27,065 nucleotides of DNA from NCBI GenBank assembly GCA_964510165.1, contig CAZEBC010000019.1, forward strand, positions 9,465-36,529. Direction: 5' to 3'. The DNA is from an uncultured bacterium. GTDB lineage: Bacteria; Abyssobacteria; SURF-5. Positions 16,495 to 25,485 of the stretch are shown here, piece by piece. The position numbers were made by a program, and so were the translations under genes. A model generated the notes under the pieces. It did not search any database, was not told the origin of the DNA, and was given only the letters and a program-made list of their open reading frames with translations. Positions within the stretch are counted from its first letter, which is position 1. Each line of letters begins with the position of its first letter.

Positions 16495-17577
16495 TCAAAC
16501 GGCGCTCCGGCTGATCTTCTCCGCCAGCTTTTCGATAAGCCGCGGCCAGGCGTATCGTTCGGCGAATTCCCGATGTTCGCGTCTCGGTCCGGCCCGAAGC
16601 GCGAGGTCTATGGCCTCATCGAGAGAGCGCCCGCTGCCGGTGCTTGAGTAATAAACCACTCTGTCTCCATACTGACGCTCGATCCCGGCGTTTCGGAAGG
16701 TGACCACCGGCAATTCGCACAGGAAATACTCGAGAATCTTCACTGGCATGGCGTATTGCACCACGGGATGGTCTTCCTTGAAGGGAACAAGCCCGACCCG
16801 CGCCGAGTTGACCCACAGATTGGCCACGTCCTTCGAAATCATTGGAACATAGTAAATGTTATTCTTGCGGGCATTGAGATATTTCCGAAAATTGTCGCCT
16901 TCATCCACGATATCCATCGGGCCGATCAGGAGGATTCGTTTGCTCGACCGCAGAATGGAATCCATGTCACACCAATGCGCGAGACATCCAATGAAAACGG
17001 CGTCGAAATCCTTGCGGGCATCTACCGGAAAGAACTCTTCCGGATAGCATCCGTTGGGGATACAGAGACCCTTCCCATCTTCCTCCGCGTGTCTTGGCTG
17101 CGTATAGATATTGAAAGCGGACGCCTCTTTGATCTTGGCCATTTTTTCGAGGTAATATTCGCTCGGAACGGTATCCATGTGCTGCATGTCGTCAACGTGG
17201 TCATACGCGAATGGAATCCCTGTGGCGATTAGCGCATCCACATACCCCGCGTCCTGAACTATGACGAAATCAATCTTCGATTTCCGCAAGAATCGGGCGA
17301 TCCGCCTGGACAGGAGACCGTTCAACCGAAAATACCCGGCATATTTCTTCGTGGACCAGAAAAAGGGCGAAGAGAAAAGGCGGACCCGTGGGTGCGCGGT
17401 CGGCCTCGGTCGCGTGCTCTTTCGGGCCTCGCGCAGGAGGCAGCCCGGACATCTGTTGAACATGAACGGCTCAAGGTAATACACGTCGTGCCCCAGATTT
17501 GCCAGCTCGGTTGCAAGCGCCTGTGGCCGCTGTTTGAGAAAATCCCAAGGGATCAAACTGAAAATCGCTATTCGCAT
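16495..17577 (-). CDS. TuaH-like GT-B glycosyltransferase, tandem copy 2
   Basis: Motifs WDFLKQRPQ, YDHVDD, IPNG, GLVPF and MPVKILEYF. ATG at 17577 lies 4 nt after the upstream stop. Confidence 0.82.
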   Translation of the reverse strand: MRIAIFSLIPWDFLKQRPQALATELANLGHDVYYLEPFMFNRCPGCLLREARKSTRPRPTAHPRVRLFSSPFFWSTKKYAGYFRLNGLLSRRIARFLRKSKIDFVIVQDAGYVDALIATGIPFAYDHVDDMQHMDTVPSEYYLEKMAKIKEASAFNIYTQPRHAEEDGKGLCIPNGCYPEEFFPVDARKDFDAVFIGCLAHWCDMDSILRSSKRILLIGPMDIVDEGDNFRKYLNARKNNIYYVPMISKDVANLWVNSARVGLVPFKEDHPVVQYAMPVKILEYFLCELPVVTFRNAGIERQYGDRVVYYSSTGSGRSLDEAIDLALRAGPRREHREFAERYAWPRLIEKLAEKISRSAV

Positions 17578-17581
17578 TGTT

Positions 17582-18709
17582 CTATCCCAATGACTCCTTC
17601 TTCGCCGCATGAGCGGCGCCTGTCAGTCTCCCCTTGACAACTTCGGCGATCCTCCCCTCCAGTCGCTTCACAAGCGCAGGCCATGCATACTGTGTTGCGA
17701 ATCCCCTGTAGTCGAACTCACCGCTCCTGCGTCTGGCAATCTCTATCGCCTTGTCGAGGGAAGGCCCGTTGCCTTGGCGCGAATAGTAAGTCAACCTGTC
17801 GCCATATTGATACTCGATACCCCCACAACGGAACGAAACCACGGGAACGTTGCAAAGGAAGTATTCGAGTATCTTCAAGGGCATTGCGTATTGAGCCACC
17901 GGATCGTCCTCCTTGAAGGGCACCAGTCCCACACAGGAGGAATTAATCCACAGGTTCAACACCTGTTTGTCAACCTTCGGTATGTAATACAGGTTGCTCT
18001 TGGCGGCCCCCCGAAACTTCTCATAGTTGTCTCCGCTATCCACATCCATCGGCCCGACGATGAGGATTTCCTTTTCCGACTCGAGGATGGAGGCCATGTC
18101 ACACCACTTCGCAATGCTGCCGATGACCACCGCATCGAACTTCTTCGGACAATCGACAGGATAGAATTCCTGAGGATAGCATCCGTTGGTGACATACAAT
18201 CCTTTCGGGTCTTCTTCCGCCTCCTCCTTATGGATGTAGATGTTAAAGGCCCCGGTTTGCTCCAGCCGGTTCATGTTTCTCACGAATCGTTCGGTCGGAA
18301 CGTGTTCCATGTATTCGGTCTTGTCCAAATGGTCGAAGGCGTGAGGCACTCCGGATTCAATGACCGGAAGCGCGTATTCAGAGTCAAGAACTATGGCAAA
18401 ATCGATCTCCAGATTTCGTAGCAGGCGGACTATTCTCTTTGACAACACCCTATTCATGAAGAAGTATTTGCCATATTTCCTCGCCGACCAGAAATAGGGG
18501 GATGAAATCAGACGGATGTTGCGTTCGCCCGATTCTCTAATGCGGGTGCTCTTTAGCGCTTCCCACAGCAACCGGTGCGGCTGCCTATTGAACGCGAACG
18601 GCTCCCAGTAATAGACCTCATGGCCAAGCTTTGCCAGTTCCGTCGCGAACACCTGCGGCCTTTGCTTTAGGAAACGCCACTCAATCAAGCTGAAAATCGC
18701 AATTCGCAT
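17582..18709 (-). CDS. TuaH-like GT-B glycosyltransferase, tandem copy 1
   Basis: Motifs WRFLKQRPQ, FDHLDK, VTNG, GLVPF and MPLKILEYF. Colinear with the downstream paralog. Confidence 0.82.
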   Translation of the reverse strand: MRIAIFSLIEWRFLKQRPQVFATELAKLGHEVYYWEPFAFNRQPHRLLWEALKSTRIRESGERNIRLISSPYFWSARKYGKYFFMNRVLSKRIVRLLRNLEIDFAIVLDSEYALPVIESGVPHAFDHLDKTEYMEHVPTERFVRNMNRLEQTGAFNIYIHKEEAEEDPKGLYVTNGCYPQEFYPVDCPKKFDAVVIGSIAKWCDMASILESEKEILIVGPMDVDSGDNYEKFRGAAKSNLYYIPKVDKQVLNLWINSSCVGLVPFKEDDPVAQYAMPLKILEYFLCNVPVVSFRCGGIEYQYGDRLTYYSRQGNGPSLDKAIEIARRRSGEFDYRGFATQYAWPALVKRLEGRIAEVVKGRLTGAAHAAKKESLG

Positions 18710-18728
18710 GGCTTATCCAAATCGGCTT

Positions 18729-19538
18729 TCACATCTTGATGTTGACCGTTCCACACGTCTCGCACGTCCATTTCGGCTTCCCGTCTTTGTACATATGGCC
18801 CCCCCCGCACTTCCTGCAGGCGGCATCCATCGCGCGCAGGCCGCGCTTCGCTTCTTTCCTGAACAGGAATAGATAATTATTCTCGGCAAGCAGGTCCCTG
18901 TTCAATAACCGCCCGATCAACTTGAGAATGTAAAACAGCGGAACCTGAAGCATCTCATATTTGCCGGCCAGATAAGTGTGTCCGCCCGGCCAGTTACAGT
19001 AGCTGACCAGCTTGAAGCCCGTATTCGAATAGGTCATCTCCAGGAAAGACTTGAACGTGTATTTGTTGATGTGGTTGTCGTGAAGCAGTCCGTAAAGGCG
19101 CTCCTCCCAGCCTCGACTATTCGGAATCGAAACGTACAGAAGCCCCCCGAGCTTTGTCACCCGGTCCAGTTCTTGAATCATATTTAAGGGCCTCTTCACA
19201 TGCTCGAAGACAAAGTTGCACAGGCACACGTCGAAGGCGGCGTCCTTATAGGGAAGACGGCAGGAATCCAAACGGACAAACTTTGACTTTATCTCCGGCG
19301 GCGTTCGCTCCTTCAGCCAACAAAGGAAATCGGCGGGGAAAACCCTGAGTTTCCCGCAGACGGAATAGTCAACGCTGCCACACCCACAGCCAAGGTCGAG
19401 CACACGCGCACCCTCAGGTGTTCGCCCGACCACCTCGTGCATGAATAGATCATCGACCAAAACGCGAGGCTTGCTCCCCTCTTGCACGTCAACCTCATAG
19501 TCTCTCGCCAGATTTTCGCTCCTTATATCTGGAGTCAT
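18729..19538 (-). CDS. Class I SAM-dependent methyltransferase with C-terminal zinc ribbon
   Basis: Motifs VLDLGCGCG, LPYKDAAFD, VFEHV and GGLLYVSIPN. C-terminal CRKC...CETC. ATGA overlap with the upstream gene. Confidence 0.88.
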   Translation of the reverse strand: MTPDIRSENLARDYEVDVQEGSKPRVLVDDLFMHEVVGRTPEGARVLDLGCGCGSVDYSVCGKLRVFPADFLCWLKERTPPEIKSKFVRLDSCRLPYKDAAFDVCLCNFVFEHVKRPLNMIQELDRVTKLGGLLYVSIPNSRGWEERLYGLLHDNHINKYTFKSFLEMTYSNTGFKLVSYCNWPGGHTYLAGKYEMLQVPLFYILKLIGRLLNRDLLAENNYLFLFRKEAKRGLRAMDAACRKCGGGHMYKDGKPKWTCETCGTVNIKM

Positions 19539-21637
19539 ACCGTTTCACTGCTCGACGGAAAAAGACTTCGACCAATCGCCTTTAGCTTTCTGTACACGCG
19601 GACAGGCCATTTGGAGAGCAGCGCCTCGATTACTTGGTCGCGTTCCGCCACTTCCCGTTCCTTTTCACGCAATCTGGTCATAGCCTCTCGGAGCTGTATT
19701 CCGTTTTCATAAAAAAGATGAAGGATTTCCAGGCTCTGTAACATCTCCAACGCTTCCCTTGCGCTTTCGGGAAATCCCGCTTCATTCGCCGTGCGGTCGG
19801 GGTAAAGCACATCAAGTGTCGGCGCAGAACCTCCGCGTTTTGCGACCAGCACTCCCCGATACGAAGGCTCCCTGTTGTCGCCAATGTAATAGTTCCTATT
19901 ATAGAACCGACTCAGCCGCCTCAAGACCTCCTGACTGTTCTCCACGCGCGCGAGCATGCTATAGATGCCGAGCAGCAGAGTCCACCGTGGAAGGTAACCG
20001 TTTGGAAGGATGGACACGCTAAATCCTTCCTCTTTCAGATGCTTGGCCATTTCCTGCATGTCAGGGAGACCGTTTAACATATGTTCCCAGAGCCAAGGGT
20101 TTTCCTCCATGTACAGGCCTTTATAGAATTCGGCGATGAGCGCCTCACTCTCCTCGACCATGGAACGATCTGAAGGGGCTCCTATGACAAGTGCCTCTTG
20201 GGCGACCCGGCTGAGTTCACTCACGAACGCCTTTCTCTTGTTCAGCGGAAGATGTTCGACCACGTCGATGGCGAGAACAAAGTCAAAAGCGCCGTCGCCG
20301 AATGGCAGTTCCAAGGCGCTGCCGACGACAGAGGTCCTTGTGTGATAATGTCGCACCCAATCAACCGTGACTACAAAGTCCTCCGGCAGAAACTTCAACA
20401 AGTCTCCCCTGCCACCGACATCGAGAACCTTTCCCTTGCCCGTCCTCATGCACTCTATGGCATCAGCCGCAATCTTGTAACGCTGAAAGATGTCGAAGTT
20501 CAAGTCCCATTGCTCGCGGCTCAGGCGTTGGATTCGCTTCGCGCGCAGACAATCGGAAGAGGTTGCCACGAAGTCCAACAGTTTTCGCTCAACAAGCTCT
20601 GGTGTACAGGTCCGCCTGATGAACTCTGGACCGTTATGTGCCAGTTTCAGGTAGAGCTCACGGTCGCCCATTAAATCGAGAATACATCTCGCGAACGCCT
20701 CGGGCGTGTCACCTATCAGGACGTCAAGACCATGCGTGAGCTGAAGTCCACGGACACCGATGCTGCTTGCTACCGTTGGAATTCCCCGGGCCAGCGCCTC
20801 CCCGATTCCGCCTCTCAGGCCATCGCCATATCTCAGCGGCGCTACCGAGATGTAGGCCTGCCTCAGATACTGTTCAAAAGCTGAATTGCCCAGAATTTTC
20901 ACCCGCTCGCTCGCAAGATCTCGAACTTCGGCGGGAGGCGAATCTCCCATAACTATCACACGCACATCGGGACGTTCTTTCTCCACCAGGGGCATAACGT
21001 CACGACAGAAGTGGCACACGGCATCAACGTTGGGTGAATGATCAAAGTCCGTTACTAAGAGAATCGTATTGTCCCTTCTCCGGCCAATGTCCGCAGGGTT
21101 GAATCGAATCGTGTGAATATTCGGGATCAGTTCTACAATGAGGTTTTCGTCTTCGCCCAGCAACCTATCTCTGTCCAACGAAGTCACTGTGAACATGGCC
21201 TCCACTTCACGGCATATTTTCAATTGACGCCACTTCGCCCGGTCGGCGCGACCGCGTTCGGACACCGTGTCCGCACTCGTTTCTCGAAACAAACGCGCCT
21301 CACCGATATCCAGCACCACATTGAGATCCGGTTGCAGTTCCCGAATGAGCGACAAATATCTCTCCGCCGTCCCAAAGAATTCTATTAGCGCCAGCCTGAA
21401 CCTGTTCTTTAGCAGGATTTCATTGAGCCTATAAGCTTCAAGAACCTGGACGCCTTGTCCTTTCAACAACGAGGCGTATTCGTCATCCCGCGCGGCAAAG
21501 CCTCCATGTTCCTGCTCAACCACGAAGAACACCTCATAGCACCGTGCCAGGGTTTCGAGTAGATGACGCAGCCTGCCCCGTGCAGAATGCTTGCGAAGTT
21601 CGGAAATCTGGGGAGACAGGAGCAGTATCTTATCCAT
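19535..21637 (-). CDS. GT4 glycosyltransferase / SAM methyltransferase fusion with C-terminal coiled coil
   Basis: GT4 half: IPNIH, F.HSPNVDA, APLRYG.G...IGEALARGIP. MTase half: FQRY, VLDVGG.G, LPFGDGAFD, DVVEHL. Heptad tail. Start uncertain: ATG at 21637 preferred, TTG at 21766 is the alternative. Confidence 0.88.
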   Translation of the reverse strand: MDKILLLSPQISELRKHSARGRLRHLLETLARCYEVFFVVEQEHGGFAARDDEYASLLKGQGVQVLEAYRLNEILLKNRFRLALIEFFGTAERYLSLIRELQPDLNVVLDIGEARLFRETSADTVSERGRADRAKWRQLKICREVEAMFTVTSLDRDRLLGEDENLIVELIPNIHTIRFNPADIGRRRDNTILLVTDFDHSPNVDAVCHFCRDVMPLVEKERPDVRVIVMGDSPPAEVRDLASERVKILGNSAFEQYLRQAYISVAPLRYGDGLRGGIGEALARGIPTVASSIGVRGLQLTHGLDVLIGDTPEAFARCILDLMGDRELYLKLAHNGPEFIRRTCTPELVERKLLDFVATSSDCLRAKRIQRLSREQWDLNFDIFQRYKIAADAIECMRTGKGKVLDVGGRGDLLKFLPEDFVVTVDWVRHYHTRTSVVGSALELPFGDGAFDFVLAIDVVEHLPLNKRKAFVSELSRVAQEALVIGAPSDRSMVEESEALIAEFYKGLYMEENPWLWEHMLNGLPDMQEMAKHLKEEGFSVSILPNGYLPRWTLLLGIYSMLARVENSQEVLRRLSRFYNRNYYIGDNREPSYRGVLVAKRGGSAPTLDVLYPDRTANEAGFPESAREALEMLQSLEILHLFYENGIQLREAMTRLREKEREVAERDQVIEALLSKWPVRVYRKLKAIGRSLFPSSSETV

Positions 21638-21719
21638 TTGCCTAATCTCGTCTGGCCTGCAACAGCACTTGCTCTCTACCACAATATCGGGAAAGACATG
21701 CCGAAACCCTCCGGCCCGG

Positions 21720-22733
21720 CTACGTTCTTTTCCGCTTATCAACCAGTCCTTCCGGCCTGATCTCAAAGTGGAGATTGGGCGCCAGCAGGTTCAACGGGTT
21801 CAGCATCTCACAGATCTCGGCATCCGAGCGAGTGTACGGTTTCCTCCGAGCCATGCGAGCTCGCACGACATAGGGCAGTCTTCCGAGAGCGCCGAGGAAG
21901 GCGGCAACCTCCGCTCTTTCCCCCCTGAGGCATTGTCCTGCAAGCCGGGGAAACAAGAAAAGCAAATGCTCAGCCAGGTATCTCTTATCGGTGAGATTCC
22001 GCCACATGAGCAGCAGCCAGTTGCGGCGATTGACAAATTCATAGTATCTCTTGGAGAACATCTTCGAAATAGTGGCCTGACTCTTGTGGTATACGACGCT
22101 TCTCGGCTCGTAGAGCACATAGTATCCACATTTCCAGGCCTGATAACAGATGTCCACGTCTTCACAGTAAAAGGGGGAATAGAGATGATGAAACATCCCG
22201 AGTTCCTCAAAGATTCTCTTCTGGAACATCATGGCGCCGCCACACGTGTACAACGTGGGACTGAGCTGCGCGCAATGGTCCACGCCGCCGCGCGCCGCCC
22301 ATTCATCGGTGAGAACGCCTCGCCTGAACTGCGCGCCACATGCGCTGAATAGGACCTCCTCTGAGCCGGGAAACCGCATGAGCGGCCCGACGGCAAACAA
22401 CTTTTCATTCGTAAAGTGCGCCGCCAAAGGGGCAATGCACTCACCCTCGAGTAGTATATCGTTGTTCAGGAGAAACACGAGATCATACCGAGCGGCCTTG
22501 ATGCCCGTATTAGAACCGACCTGAAAGCCCGTATTCTCCTTAAGAGCAATGACCGATACGCGGGGAAAATGCTCGCGGAGATACTCGACGCTGCCGTCTG
22601 TGCTTCCGTCATCAACCACAATGATTTCGGATGGACCGCCATAATGTTCCGCCGCTTCCACAACACTCGGTAAACACTCCTCGAGTAGATGTTTGCCGTT
22701 CCACGTGAGTACAACCATGCTCACGGGATTCAT
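21720..22733 (-). CDS. Glycosyltransferase family 2, paralog of 15455-16474
   Basis: Motifs LTWNG, VVDDGSTDG, LLNND and CEDVD. ATG at 22733 overlaps the upstream TGA (ATGA). Confidence 0.9.
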   Translation of the reverse strand: MNPVSMVVLTWNGKHLLEECLPSVVEAAEHYGGPSEIIVVDDGSTDGSVEYLREHFPRVSVIALKENTGFQVGSNTGIKAARYDLVFLLNNDILLEGECIAPLAAHFTNEKLFAVGPLMRFPGSEEVLFSACGAQFRRGVLTDEWAARGGVDHCAQLSPTLYTCGGAMMFQKRIFEELGMFHHLYSPFYCEDVDICYQAWKCGYYVLYEPRSVVYHKSQATISKMFSKRYYEFVNRRNWLLLMWRNLTDKRYLAEHLLFLFPRLAGQCLRGERAEVAAFLGALGRLPYVVRARMARRKPYTRSDAEICEMLNPLNLLAPNLHFEIRPEGLVDKRKRT

Positions 22734-24097
22734 CCCCGATTGCTCCCCCACGCAAGTATCCTTCGCGCCGCATCTCGCAACGCCCCATAATAGCGCACAC
22801 TCCGCGAATTCAGTATCATTTCCAGATAACGATCCTTCTCCTCGTTTGCCTTCACAAGATTAAGATAATTCTTCTCAAAGCCAAGACAATCCTCCATAAC
22901 CTCGCGCAGGATACCGCGCATGACGGCATTGTCGGATGATCCCGTTTCCGGCCGGCTTTTCTTCGCCATTTGCGCGGCCTCTACATAGACCCCAAGCGTC
23001 TGCTCCGCCGTTTTCTCCCATGTGAGCTCCGAACATCTCCGGTGGCCGCGGTCCACGAGTTCCCGCCTCAGATTCTCATCGCGAAGCGCGCGCTCAATGA
23101 CTTCCACCATATCTCTCACATCCAGAGGGTCAAAATAAATGGCCGCATTGCCTCCGACCTCCGGAAGAGAGGCGGCGCGTGAACTCGCCACGGGGGTTCC
23201 GCACGCCATCGCCTCCAGCAACGGAAGCCCGAACCCCTCGTCCAACGAAGGATACACAAACAACTCCGCCCCTTGGTAGAGAGCGCCCAGTTCCCGATCG
23301 TCTATATGTTCCAACCAGACCAACCGATTGCTGACCCGAAGGCTTCGGATCAATTCCTCCAGTAGGGGAATATCCTTCAAGTAGAAACGCGCGCCCGCAA
23401 ACACCAACTGCGCGTCGAGTTGTCTTGCGCTAATGAGATGGTGAAACGCGAGCAACAGGTTCTTGTGATTCTTGTGAGGGTAATCGGTGGCAAGATAGAA
23501 AAGGTACGGCTTATTCAAGCCATATTTTGCGCGCACGTTCTCAATCGCCTTATTATCCGATATGGTGCGCAGGCATGTGTTTGCGCCAAGGAGAACCGTT
23601 CGCACTCTCTCCGGCTCGACATCGAAGGTCTTGAGGATGTCCATCCTGGTGTGTTCCGAATCGGCGATAATCATATCGGCGGCCTCGATCATCCGCTGGC
23701 AACGCTGCCTGTGCATCGCATACATTTCCTCGCTCGGGAAATACGAGCCGCATCTGAATAGCCTCAAATCGTGCACCGTGAGCACAGACGCCGGCGCAAG
23801 ACGCAGCGGCAGAAAATCGTTGAATACGTCCCCAAACCAGGTCATGTGATAGACATCTACCTCGTGAGCGCCCCCCTCCCGCAGGAAGTCGGCCAGTATC
23901 ATTTCGCTCGTATATGCGAACGTACGCTCCGAAACATTCGCGCCGGGCAGACGCCCCTCAAATACCGGCGCCTTTGTATAGACCGTGTATTCGTGCTCCC
24001 GGCCAACTTCGCATAAATGAGTAAGCAGTTCAAAGAGATATCGCTCGCACCCCGTCGCCGTCTTGTGAGCGGTCGCTCCGTTGATCCCGACTCTCAT
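22730..24097 (-). CDS. Glycosyltransferase family 4 (mannosyltransferase-like) with C-terminal extension
   Basis: Motifs TGCERY, TVHDL, DSEHT, PHKN, YPSLDEGFGLPLLEAMACG and SLPEVGG. ATGA overlap with the upstream gene. Confidence 0.92.
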   Translation of the reverse strand: MRVGINGATAHKTATGCERYLFELLTHLCEVGREHEYTVYTKAPVFEGRLPGANVSERTFAYTSEMILADFLREGGAHEVDVYHMTWFGDVFNDFLPLRLAPASVLTVHDLRLFRCGSYFPSEEMYAMHRQRCQRMIEAADMIIADSEHTRMDILKTFDVEPERVRTVLLGANTCLRTISDNKAIENVRAKYGLNKPYLFYLATDYPHKNHKNLLLAFHHLISARQLDAQLVFAGARFYLKDIPLLEELIRSLRVSNRLVWLEHIDDRELGALYQGAELFVYPSLDEGFGLPLLEAMACGTPVASSRAASLPEVGGNAAIYFDPLDVRDMVEVIERALRDENLRRELVDRGHRRCSELTWEKTAEQTLGVYVEAAQMAKKSRPETGSSDNAVMRGILREVMEDCLGFEKNYLNLVKANEEKDRYLEMILNSRSVRYYGALRDAARRILAWGSNRG

Positions 24098-25485
24098 TCT
24101 TCCCTCTCACTCTCCGGCAACCGCGAAAAGACCCGGCGTACATGCTTCGCCAACCCCATAATGGCCCGGTAGAGCCGAATCGGCGGCTTCTGAAGCAGGT
24201 TCTCAATCACCCGCTCGACAGTCCTGACATCCCTCTCCAGGCTGTTCAGATATCCAGCCACATGCCTATCGGTCTGCTCCATCCTCTCTTCGATCCGGCG
24301 AAACTCTTCGTTGACCGAAACGAGCGAATCGTAAATCAGATCATAGATGCGATCCGCACCATCGACAGTTGCGCCAGAGGGAGTGACCACGCCGCGAAGC
24401 AATGAATCATATATGTCCTGCAATCGTTCCACCTGACCACGAATCCCGAAATTCTTCTTTATATGCTCTCTCGCCTTTTCTCCGCATTGGCGGGCAAAAT
24501 CAGGCCTCTCGATGAACGCGCGGATCGCGCCCGCAAGCGCTTCCGGGTCACGCGGCGGAACGAGCAACCCCGTCTCGCCATCCCGCAACAACTCCCGTGT
24601 GCCGCCCACGTCGGTCGCGACGACCGGCTTCGCATGCGCCATTGCCTCGGCAACGGAAAGGCTCAGGTTTTCCATAAGAGACGAGTTCACCGCTATGTCC
24701 GCCGCATAGAGCAATGGATTAACGTCGGTCACAGCGGTGAGGAACCGCACATGGTCCGAAATGCCCAAACCTTCCGCTCGCTCATACAACTGCATGAAGG
24801 AATCGGGCTGGCCAGCGCCGACAAGCGTAAGTCTGGCCGCCTTATGTTCGTCTACGATGCTCTTGAAAGCATCCAGCAAATAATGCAGGCCTTTGCGATT
24901 ACAGTAGCTGCTGACAGCAAGTATCTCAATATCTCCCGCGGGGCTCCTCGAAAACGGACGAAATCGGTCAGGCGCCTCCACGCCGTTTCGAACCACCACC
25001 ATTTCAGGCACTTCTACGCCGATCTCATGACAGTAATCTGAGAACTCTTTCTTGCATGCTTCTGACGGCATCCCGACCGTCGGCCTGCTCTTTATCGCTT
25101 CACGCAAATCAACCTCGTCCACACTGTACGCGCTCTTGTCAAGAAACATTTCATGAATATGCCAAAAGCACGGTATCCCCAATTCCTTCGCGACAAGCGC
25201 CAGAGGATAGCTGCGGACCGTGTTCGCATGAATCAGTTCTATCCCCCTCGATAAACAGAAGGCTTTCAGCATCGGAATATGGCCATCTGAAAAACCCGAG
25301 CCACCGAGATTTATTATCTCGGGCGAAATTCCCAAACTCCGGAATCTGTCGGCAATCGGCCCGTCTTCCGGAAACAGGACGAAAGGCTCGAATCGTAAAC
25401 GGTCCGTTCTCGATACCACGTTGAAGAGAACCTGCGGCGCACCCGTCAAAGCGGCGCTGTGTGACGCAAACAGGATTTTCTTCAT
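24094..25485 (-). CDS. Glycosyltransferase family 4 with C-terminal coiled coil
   Basis: Motifs SH...GA, HANT, WHIHE, RNGV, RKG and ENLSLSVAEAMA (E-x7-E). ATG at 25485 overlaps the upstream TGA. Confidence 0.9.
   Translation of the reverse strand: MKKILFASHSAALTGAPQVLFNVVSRTDRLRFEPFVLFPEDGPIADRFRSLGISPEIINLGGSGFSDGHIPMLKAFCLSRGIELIHANTVRSYPLALVAKELGIPCFWHIHEMFLDKSAYSVDEVDLREAIKSRPTVGMPSEACKKEFSDYCHEIGVEVPEMVVVRNGVEAPDRFRPFSRSPAGDIEILAVSSYCNRKGLHYLLDAFKSIVDEHKAARLTLVGAGQPDSFMQLYERAEGLGISDHVRFLTAVTDVNPLLYAADIAVNSSLMENLSLSVAEAMAHAKPVVATDVGGTRELLRDGETGLLVPPRDPEALAGAIRAFIERPDFARQCGEKAREHIKKNFGIRGQVERLQDIYDSLLRGVVTPSGATVDGADRIYDLIYDSLVSVNEEFRRIEERMEQTDRHVAGYLNSLERDVRTVERVIENLLQKPPIRLYRAIMGLAKHVRRVFSRLPESEREE

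Noticed and set aside
21638-21766. Possible frameshifted GT2-GT4 fusion
   Set aside because: The GT2 ends at about the same position as its paralog's tail, and the GT4 has its own plausible ATG at 21637.
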